Translations under genes and position numbers: made by a program
Notes under the pieces: generated by a model
What the model was told of the DNA's origin: nothing
Databases searched by the model: none
The model's input: the letters and a program-made list of their open reading frames with translations, nothing else
Part shown: piece after piece, positions 43,381 to 53,589 of the stretch
How positions within the stretch are numbered: position 1 is the stretch's first letter
How the letters are laid out: the number at the start of each line of letters is the position of its first letter
DNA from: Eledone cirrhosa
Lineage: Eukaryota
Direction of reading: 5' to 3'
Length of the DNA stretch: 64,000 bases
NCBI GenBank assembly: GCA_964016885.1
Contig: OZ024743.1
Span: 171,306,001 to 171,370,000, forward strand

Positions 43381-46340
43381 TATTTCGTTTCTGAATTTGT
43401 TTAGCAAGATTCTTTATCTGAAATCGTGTGTTGAAACCGATATTGTTATACTTTGGGAGGGTCATGTTGCCAATAAGAAACACACGCACCAGTTGCTTTC
43501 ACTTCAATTTATTATATATTTATAAATTTATAAATTTACAAATTTACAAACTTATAAATTTCTGGTTGGTTGGTTGGTTCCACAACCAGATAGTTGTTTA
43601 TATATATAGTCATAGTCCTTTCGTCACACACTCTGTGACCTCTTCAGTGACTGGGGATTCCTATCTTCGTTTCTGTGCCTTTCCTTTCTTCTATCCTACG
43701 CCATTTTGTTTCTGTGTGTGTGTTGTGTGCTCAGTTTGCGCATGCGCCACACCCAGGTGTCTGTGTGTGTTTGTGTTCATTTATCTATTTGTTAATTTAT
43801 TTACATGTTGTTGGTTGGTTGTTTGTTCTATGTGTGTGTGTGTTTTCATTTTGTCCTGTGTGTGTTTTCATTTTGTGTGTGTTTTCAATTGTAAGTTGTT
43901 TGTTCTATGTGTGTGTGTGCTTTCATTTTGTCCTTAATTGTAAGTTGTGATGTTGCTGTTCCACTCATATTTTCTATTTAATTTTGGTTTTAATTCTTTT
44001 ATGCTTACTGCCTCTGTAATTTGCCTAAACATTGCGTCTTTTCTGTGTGTGGATTCTATTTTTATTTCTATGCTCTCTAATCTACCCCTGTGTTCTATCT
44101 TAGCATGTTGGTAGAGCACAGATGATTCTTTATTATCTTGGAGGTCTCGCCAGTGTTCATTTATTCGTTCCCCTATACTACGAGCTGTCTCACCTATGTA
44201 CACTATATGTTTGTTTCTACATTATCCTTCAGTACATCTTATGCTATACACTACATTTCTAGTTTTACAGTTAATATGGGGGCTTATTTTACAGGTTATA
44301 CATTTCTTATCTATACATGAGGGTCTTTGGAACGGGTATGTCTTGCTAATAAGTGTTTTTACGGAGGTACCAGGTCTTTCTACTATCTTAATATTGAGAT
44401 TATGTTTATTTAGGGCCCTTCTAAATGTGTAGGCTAGTTCGCCTCTAGGGGTTGTATTGATGAACATTACACTCTGGTATTTATTGCTATCATACCATGA
44501 GTTTATTCTATTGGCCTTGTTCCTAGTTCTTTCTATTCTATTTCAAAATTTGCTCCTATACAAGGGGCAGGTCTCATTTATGTCATTATTTACCATTTTT
44601 TCCCATTTGGTTCTGGCTCCTTTATACACTCTGATTCTATCTCTCTGATTGTAGCCAGAGAACTGCATACGGTGGATGAAGTGTTGTATGTGTCTCTCTA
44701 GTTCTTCGGGGTTGCACATGCGGGACACATTTCTCATCACCCGTACCAAATCCGCAATCAGTATGTTGATTTTGGTATGGTCCGAAATGGCCGAGTTTCG
44801 GTGGATCAGATGTTTGGAAGTCATGGGTTTGGCATAATGGGAATGGAGGATTTGTTTTTGGTTGTTAATGGTATCTAACCAGAGCTCTGTGTCTAGTACA
44901 GGTAATCGATGGTTGGGGTGTCTACTTGGGTAGTCTATAGTAACTCTAATGCTCTGGTGGATGGAGTTTGCTATTTGCTGGATGCTTTCCATTGTGTTTT
45001 TCTCTAGTTCCTGACTGTTCTTTGAATGCGTGTGTGTTGTTGTTGTTGATGTGTGTTGTTGTTGATGTGTGTTGTTGTTGTCTCCGTGTGTGTGTGTGTT
45101 ATCGTTGTTGTGTGTGTTGTTATTGTTGTTTGTGTCTGCGTGTCTGTTGTTGTATCTGGGTATGTTGATATTGTTGTTGTTGTTGATGTGTGTGTTGTTG
45201 TTATTGTTGTCTCCGTGTGTGTTATCGTTGTTGTGTGTGTTGTTATTGTTGTTTGTGTCTGCGTGTCTGTTGTTGTTGTATCTGGGTATGTTGCTATTGT
45301 TGTTGTTGTATCTGGGTATGTTGCTATTGTTGTTGTTGTTGTTATTGTTGTTTGTGTCTGTGTGTCTGTTGTTGTTGGGATGTGTGTTGTATATGTGTGT
45401 GCGTATATTGTTGCTTTTGTTTATGATGCTCCAGCGTAGTTTTGTAAATGATTTTTCTATTTCTGACAGACAACTAATCATATTTACCTTCTTGAATGTC
45501 GCAAATTTGGGTGGCAGACGTAACACAGACATTTCATTATTATCTATTTCCGTGTTTCCATAAATGTTGGTATTTTCGTTGTTGAACTCTTCAGATAATG
45601 AGGTGTCGGCCATGTTGATACCGTCAATTTTGTCGGGATATCTATTGGTATACTCTATAGTATCCCGATTTAGCTTTGCCTGTTTAAGCCACTTTAATTT
45701 TCTGTTAAAGTGCTTATCACATTCTTGAGTAATGTACTGTTTTTCGGGGCGTATAAGGCTTATAAATGTTAGTTTTTCTGCTGGTGTGGTGATTTTAGAT
45801 ATTTCTTGTATTAGGTTACGCTTTAGTTTTTCTTGATGACTTAATTCTCTATAGATCTTCTTTTTTATGTTTAGAATTAAAGTTCGTTTTAGCCTATCTG
45901 CTTGTTTTTTGGTGAGTTGTAATCTTCTAACGTCGGTATTGATGGTGTTGGTGTAGATTCTAGAAGTGGTGCACAGTTTTATGAAGCGTAGTTGTCGAGA
46001 TGTTATGGTTTTTCGTAGACAACAGAACATGGTGGTTTTCAGTATCTTGTTAGCCTGGCTAAGGCTTACGATATTTCGTTTCTGAATTTGTTAGCAAGAT
46101 TCTTTATCTGAAATCGTGTGTTGAAACCGATATTGTTATACTTTGGGAGGGTCATGTTGCCAATAAGAAACACACGCACCAGTTGCTTTCACTTCAATTA
46201 ATTATATATTTATAAATTTATAAATTTACAAATTTACAAACTTATAAATTTCTGGTTGGTTGGTTGGTTCCACAACCAGATAGTTGTTTATATATATAGT
46301 CATATATATATAGTCATAGTCCTTTCGTCACACACTCTGT
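43381..46340 (-). mobile_element. Divergent PLE, minus arm: 5' pLTR, N-terminal ORF, in-frame RT deletion, EN and 3' pLTR
   Basis: Direct pLTR repeats at 46131-46340 and 43441-43640. ORF 44543-46030 joins HTHS|KNSQELEK; stops at ~44543 and ~44222. Confidence 0.88.
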
Positions 46341-49300
46341 ATAATATACGCACACACATATACAACACACATCCCAACAACAACAGACACACAGACACAA
46401 ACAACAATAACAACAACAACAACAATAGCAACATACCCAGATACAACAACAACAGACACGCAGACACAAACAACAATAACAACACACACAACAACGATAA
46501 CACACACGGAGACAACAATAACAACAACACACACATCAACAACAACAACAATATCAACATACCCAGATACAACAACAACAGACACGCAGACACAAACAAC
46601 AATAACAACACACACAACAACGATAACACACACACACACGGAGACAACAACAGCACACATCAACAACAACACACATCAACAACAACAACACACACGCATT
46701 CAATGCCTCTCACCACCACCACAATCTTAACAAACACACAGACACAGAAAACAAGTAATGACAGTAGCACAGAAATCAGAGAAATAAGAGAAAGTAATAG
46801 GATTAAAAGGAAAAGGAGATGGGAGACTAAGGACAAAGAGAATAACCAAGACGAACACACAGACACACAAAATAGGGTAGATAACAACATTGAGCCAGTG
46901 GAAAGAGACAGGAGTAATTATGAGAGACATAGAAACAACCATGAAGCTGAGGCTGTTGGTGGAAATAGAAATAGAAACAACACAACTAACAATAATAATA
47001 GCACTAGTACACATAAAGCAGCAGCCTGGAACTCTCCGTTTTATAACCCCTCCGATAAATCATTCGACCTACGACGAGTCCACGCCACGACTTTGCCATT
47101 TAACAAACGCATGCAGTTGCCGTCGCAGGTCGATGAACAAACAGAAGCACAATTTAGTATAGCTAAATCCGAACTTAGAAATATTATAGAACAGTACAGC
47201 AAGAAGCATAATAGAATAGAGGCCCAGCAACTGGGAGAAGAATATGCAAATGGCTTGCGTAAGCTCATGCAGCGCTCGCGTAATGGAGAGATAGCATGTT
47301 TTCCAACAGACAAGTCTGGCAGAATGTCGGTTGACAGCCTGCCAAACTACATCCAGGCAATGCAACCCCACATCACTAACACAAGAGAGGTAACACCACA
47401 GGAGCATGAGGATAGAGAAAAAGCCCTCAATGCCCATATGGTGATGTGGACGAATATAATGCAGCCCAACAAAAGGACTGCCAACAACTTCCAGGCCTGG
47501 AACAATGACGTGCCGGCGTTGTATGGGCTTCGAAAAGACCATAAAACGGGCTGGGACCCTGTCGCGGGACCACCAACACGGCCAGTCTGTGGGGCTAACA
47601 TTGCTAGTAACTACAGACTGTCCTACTTCCTCTCCCTGACCATACGCCCCATCATTGAGATGTCCCCAGATGTGTGTGACAGCACGGAGGACCTCCTCAG
47701 CAGAATCGGCGCGGGTAACCGATCTGGGGACCTAACAAACTGCATAATAGGCAGTATGGATGTTGTGTCCCTGTATCCATCTATTGACGTGGATTTTGCT
47801 GTGGAGAAATGCGTAGAAATGATCAGCGAGAGCAAGGTTGAGTTCCGTGGGATTGATACCAGTGAGCTGAGACTTCTACTTAAGCTTACCCATAGTAATA
47901 GTTACCTAGACACTTATGACCTTAGCAACCTGTGCCCTACAAGACCAGCAAGAGGCAGACCACCTACCATTACCTCAATGGCCAAGAAAACCCACACAGA
48001 TAGATGGAACGGGTGGACCAGAGCCATACGGACACCCGAAAACCACGATGAACTGAAGAAAATGATTGCACATGCGGTAGGGGCCAGCATAAAATTAACC
48101 CTTAAGGAACATATGTTCAAATTTAATGGTAAAACATATGCCCAAGAGGAAGGAGCAGCCATTGGTGTTAGCATTGCAGGCGACATAGCTAACTTATTCA
48201 TGGTATGGTGGGACAGTAGACTTAAACAAAAACTTAATGAACAATTAGAAGACAGCTTAACCCTGATAATGTACTCCCGCTACGTAGATGATATAAACAT
48301 CGTAGTTAAGACACCCCCACTAAAGAACAGTCAGGAACTAGAGAAAAACACAATGGAAAGCATCCAGCAAATAGCAAACTCCATCCACCAGAGCATTAGA
48401 GTTACTATAGACTACCCAAGTAGACACCCCAACCATCGATTACCTGTACTAGACACAGAGCTCTGGTTAGATACCATTAACAACCAAAAACAAATCCTCC
48501 ATTCCCATTATGCCAAACCCATGACTTCCAAACATCTGATCCACCGAAACTCGGCCATTTCGGACCATACCAAAATCAACATACTGATTGCGGATTTGGT
48601 ACGGGTGATGAGAAATGTGTCCCGCATGTGCAACCCCGAAGAACTAGAGAGACACATACAACACTTCATCCACCGTATGCAGTTCTCTGGCTACAATCAG
48701 AGAGATAGAATCAGAGTGTATAAAGGAGCCAGAACCAAATGGGAAAAAATGGTAAATAATGACATAAATGGGACCTGCCCCTTGTATAGGAGCAAATTTT
48801 GGAATAGAATAGAAAGAACTAGGAACAAGGCCAATATAATAAACTCATGGTATGATAGCAATAAATACCAGAGTGTAATGTTCATCAATACAACCCCTAG
48901 AGGCGAACTAGCCTACACATTTAGAAGGGCCCTAAATAAACATAATCTCAATATTAAGATAGTAGAAAGACCTGGTACCTCCGTAAAAACACTTATTAGC
49001 AAGACATACCCGTTCCAAAGACCCTCATGTATAGATAAGAAATGTATAACCTGTAAAATAAGCCCCCATATTAACTGTAAAACTAGAAATATAGTGTATA
49101 GCATAAGATGTACTGAAGGACAATGTAGAAACAAAAATATAGTGTACATAGGTGAGACAGCTCGTAGTATAGGGGAACGAATAAATGAACACTGGCGAGA
49201 CCTCCAAGATAATAAAGAATCATCTGTGCTCTACCAACATGCTAAGATAGAACACAGGGGTAGATTAGAGAGCATAGAAATAAAAATAGAATCCACACAC

Positions 49301-49411
49301 AGAAAAGACGCAATGTTTAGGCAAATTACAGAGGCAGTAAGCATAAAAGAATTAAAACCAAAATTAAATAGAAAATATGAGTGGAACAGCAACATCACAA
49401 CTTACAATTAA
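46341..49411 (+). CDS. PLE reverse transcriptase plus C-terminal GIY-YIG endonuclease (5'-truncated but open)
   Basis: TDKSGR, LYGLRKDHK, TRPVCGA, SMDVVSLYPSI, GAAIGVSIAG, YSRYVDD, LPVLDTELW, NIVYSIRC...VYIGETARSIGERINEH, EAVSI..LN. Asn/His/Thr-rich N-terminal linker. Confidence 0.88.
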
Positions 49412-49718
49412 GGACAAAATGAAAGCACACACACACATAGAACAAACAACTTACAATTGAAAACACACACAAAATGAAAACACACACAGGACAAAATGAA
49501 AACACACACACACATAGAACAAACAACCAACCAACAATAAATAAATAAGTAAATAAACAAATAGAAAAATATAAATAGAAAAATAGAAAAATGAACACAA
49601 ACACACACAGACACCCGGATGTGGCGCATGCGCAAACTGAGCACACAACACACACACAGAAACAAAATGGCGTAGGATAGAAGAAAGGAAAGGCACAGAA
49701 ACGAAGATAGGAATCCCC

Positions 49719-49763
49719 AGTCACTGAAGAGGTCACAGAGTGTGTGACGAAAGGACTATGACT
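49719..49763 (+). ncRNA. Minimal type I hammerhead (copies at 8804-8848 '+' and 43608-43652 '-')
   Basis: AGTCA-CTGAAGA-GGTCAC..GTGAC-GAAA-GGACTA^TGACT. Confidence 0.68.
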
Positions 49764-49949
49764 ATATATATATGACTATATATATAAACAACTATCTGGT
49801 TGTGGAACCAACCAACCAACCAGAAATTTATAAGTTTGTAAATTTGTAAATTTATAAATTTATAAATATATAATAAATTGAAGTGAAAGCAACTGGTGCG
49901 TGTGTTTCTTATTGGCAACATGACCCTCCCAAAGTATAACAATATATAT

Positions 49950-51091
49950 ATATACATATATACATATATACATACATATATGCACATATATTTTTTTGTG
50001 TTGCACCATAGAGCATGTGTGTTTACGTATGTCATTGTGTTTATATGTGGGTAGAGATGTGTGCTGATGTAGGTATGTATGTTGACGTGTGTATGTTGTG
50101 GGTTGGTCTTAGGGAGAAGTGTTTAGACGGGGTCCGTATTTGTTAATGAAGTAAGATTCCTTGCTGATGCGCTGGGTGTGGGTGGCATTATCTTTAAATT
50201 TGTAGAGGGGAAAGATTCTGAAGTTGGGATGATTTTGGGCGGCACAGGTATCAATGTGTTCACTCAGTGGTATTTTCCTGTATTCCCGTATTTTGATTTG
50301 GGATCTATGGACAGTCATGCGTTGGCGGAGGCTGTTTTTGGTCTGGCCTATGTATTGTTCTCGACAACCTGAACAAGTTAATACATATATTAGATTTTCC
50401 GATGCACATGTGAAATTGTGTTTTACTATAAAACGTTGTCCATCTTTGAAATAGAATTCCGAACCCTCTATTAGGTTGATGCAAATGCCACAGTTGGGTC
50501 TATCACATTTTTTTACTGTGGGTTTCGTTGTTGTGGTTGGCAGTACTTTGGCATGTGTTAAGATGTTTTTCATTCACTTGGATCGTCTTTTGCTCTTTAT
50601 GATATCATGTGTTCGTAGAATTTGGTTCATTCTATGGTCCTTTTTCAATACAGGGATGTTCTGGAGGATGATGTCAAAGGCCTCATTGTTGAGGGGGTTG
50701 TGTGTGGAGATGTATGAAAGAGCTTTTAGTTTTGGTTGATTTACTTTAGGGTGTCTAAGGTCCTGGGTACTGAGTTTTAGGGCACGTTGGATTCCATTGT
50801 CAATTAGTGATGCAGGGTAGTCCCTGCCTATGAGTGTGTCCTTTAGTTCTTATAGCCGTAAGTAGCAGATGTTTTTATTGGAGACTATAGTACAGATTCT
50901 CTTGGCTAAGTTGTAGAGAATATTAATTTTAACGTGTCTAGGGTGGCAAGAGTTGAAGGGGAGATATTGCTTGGAGTCTGTGGGCTTGTAGTATATGTCT
51001 GTTTAACCCATACAATCACTAATACTCTTTTATTCCTAATTAAACCATTTTTCAACTGTGAACAACTTGTCAGCATGTTCTATTCCGTTTA

Positions 51092-51098
<7 letters not shown>
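49950..51098 (-). mobile_element. PLE family 'D' (Neptune-like) RT thumb plus GIY-YIG, capped by an inverted pLTR piece
   Basis: TDIYYKPTDSKQYL..SCHP, CDRPNCGIC, FTCASENLIYVLTCSGC..YIGQT..RMTVH. Confidence 0.82.
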
Positions 51099-51130
<32 letters not shown>

Positions 51131-51131
<1 letters not shown>

Positions 51132-51680
51132 TGAAATGAATACAAGGAGTATAAACCGTTAAAACATGCACCTACTTACGTTTCGCCCAAAAAGGGCTTC
51201 TCAAGGGCATAGAAAACAAAACAATGTTCAGTACGCGACCCAGGAGGGGTTTTAAGCTTAAATTTACATCAGAGTTCATTTTTCATTCAAGCACGCATGT
51301 TGTTTTTGAGTTACTCCCCTTGCTCTGTGGCAAAAACAACACACGTGCTTGAACGAAGAATGAACTCTGATGTAAATTTAACCCCTCCTGGGTCACGTAC
51401 TGAACATTTTTTTGTTTTCTATGCCCTTGAGAAGCCCTTTTCGGGCGAAACGTACGTAGGTGCATTGTTATATAAACATGTTTTAATGGTATATACTCCT
51501 TTCTATTCATTTCCTTTGTAACCGCTCTGCTTATTTTCTCGCCCGCTAGATATTAATGCTTCTAATATTTAACCCCGTAGGCACAAGTATTGAGCACATT
51601 TTCACAAGCTATTGGCAACTAAAATATATGTATCGTTTATCTCTTCTTCTCTCTCTCAATACTTAAATATCTCTCTCTAT
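51131..51680. mobile_element. PLE family 'H' pLTR inverted pair with variant hammerhead
   Basis: 51132-51297 is inverted relative to 51342-51512. Confidence 0.75.
51421..51465 (+). ncRNA. Hammerhead ribozyme, U3-A8 core variant
   Basis: ATGCCC-TTGAGAA-GCCC-TTTTC-GGGC-GAAA-CGTACGTA^GGTGCAT. Confidence 0.65.
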
Positions 51681-51707
51681 ATATATGTATATATGTATAT
51701 ATATATG

Positions 51708-51822
<115 letters not shown>

Positions 51823-51883
51823 ATGTATATATGTATATATATATCTGTATATATCTATCTGTATATATATGTATGTATATATA

Positions 51884-51916
<33 letters not shown>

Positions 51917-51929
51917 ATATATATATATG

Positions 51930-51976
<47 letters not shown>

Positions 51977-52059
51977 ATATATATGTATATGCATATATAT
52001 ATATATATGTATATATGTATATGTATATATGTATATATATATCTGTATATATCTATCTG

Positions 52060-52110
<51 letters not shown>

Positions 52111-52114
52111 ATAT

Positions 52115-52462
52115 AACGAAGGAAATGTAGTAAGGAACCAGATGGACCATAACGCAGCAAAGTATTCACTACTTAGGGTAGTAGAGTGGGTAATAGGAAC
52201 AAGTAGGACCCCGACGGCTGAGCTCAAGCCGTTTCGACGGCTAATTCTGGACTAAATGAACATTTTTATCCTGGTAAATGAATAGCCGAACTTCTCAGGG
52301 GGTAATTCCATATATGGTAAAAGTGATTGTTACTTTTACCATATATGGAATTACCCCCTGAGAAGTTCGGCTATTCATTTACCAGGATTAAAATGTTCAT
52401 TTAGTCCAGAATTAGCCGTCGAAACAGCTTGAGCTCAGCCGTCGGGGTCCTACTTGTTCCTA
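52115..52462. mobile_element. PLE family 'A' near-perfect fold-back (~130-bp arms) containing a variant hammerhead
   Basis: 52193-52324 versus 52331-52463. Motif: CCCC-CTGAGAA-G..CGGCTA...TAGCCGTC-GAAA-C(G/A)GC..GCCGTC^GGGG. Confidence 0.78.
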
Positions 52463-52496
52463 TATGTGTATATATATATTTGTATATATATATGTC

Positions 52497-53100
52497 AGGT
52501 CACCAGTTGGTGCTACTGGTAACATGTATCCCAGTACAACCTGACTCATGGTCGGGTCGTTGGCGACTAAACTGGCAGCCCCACCAAGGTTTCTTGGTGA
52601 GGAGGGTGACTTTGGACATCCTGCAGGAATAAAAACAAAACCTGTCAAAGGGCAAAGGAGCTCTTAAGAGTCAATGGCCATCCAAAATCACCGGGAGAGA
52701 TGACCCCTTAGCCTTTGTCAAGGCAGAATTCTAGGAGAAGGAAAACTCTGATATAACACCTGCAACCCTGATGGTATCCAATGATGTTGACTTGTTCTTC
52801 TTTTTGGTAAATATCATCTTGGTTAAGAGAGTGGGACTGGCTTTGTGCAGTGCCTTTGCTCACTATAAAAGCTTCACGGCACAGGCATTGCTTTATATCT
52901 GGAGATCTCTCTGCACTTGTCACATGATACCATGGGCCTAGCACTATGTGTCAATAATTGTCACAAGTGTAGTGTTTGTACCAGAGTTTTCAAGTCGCTG
53001 GCTGGACTAAAAAATCACACTCGTTCAGCGCATCGGTAGGGGTTCTCCTACATGGATATAAAGTAGTGGCCGTACTCGAAAACGAGTTGGCAGCCACCAT
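52497..53100 (+). mobile_element. ~600-bp RTE-derived non-autonomous element (copy 3, apparently complete)
   Basis: Reverse complement of 2334-2925 with few differences; flanked by TA repeats. Confidence 0.75.
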
Positions 53101-53157
53101 ATATATATGTATATATGTATATATGCATTTATATATGTACATACATATGTATATATG

Positions 53158-53214
<57 letters not shown>

Positions 53215-53221
53215 GTATATG

Positions 53222-53252
<31 letters not shown>

Positions 53253-53281
53253 GTATATGTATATGTATATATATATATATG

Positions 53282-53540
53282 TCTTTCCTCACTTTAAAAA
53301 AAATCTTTGCGCACAGGCATTGCACGATAGCATTAATTGATAATTATTAATAATTGTTTCTACTTTGGCACACGGCCAGAAATTATCCAGTGCATTACTG
53401 GTACTTTATTTTATCGACCCCGTAAGGATGAAAGGCAAAGTTAACCTCGGCGGAACTTGAACTCAGAACGTAATGGTTGATAGTTATTAATAATGTTTTA
53501 TCATGTAATGGCCATACTCGTTAACAAGGGGACAGCCATC
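53282..53540 (+). mobile_element. 3' part of the RTE-derived element, interrupted by a minus-strand SINE (~53352-53476)
   Basis: Matches 36130-36250. The SINE is flanked by TSD-like TTGATA(A/G)TTATTAATAAT. Confidence 0.7.
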
Positions 53541-53589
53541 CTATATATATATATATATATGATGGCTGTCCCCTTGTTAACGAGTATGG

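Larger units (their letters stand above)
46341..49945 (+). mobile_element. Divergent PLE, plus arm: 5'-truncated, with intact RT and GIY-YIG plus pLTR
   Basis: Shares near-identical segments with the minus arm; ends AAGTATAACAATAT into TA. Confidence 0.9.

Noticed and set aside
46256-46340. Annotated start of the 1051-aa ORF
   Set aside because: Non-ATG start lying in the inverted pLTR; a chance in-frame extension, not the native N-terminus.
43934-49411. Naiad-type permuted or selenoprotein PLE
   Set aside because: The GIY-YIG is C-terminal, and the in-frame TGA at ~44543 corresponds to TGG in the other arm, i.e. a simple nonsense mutation.
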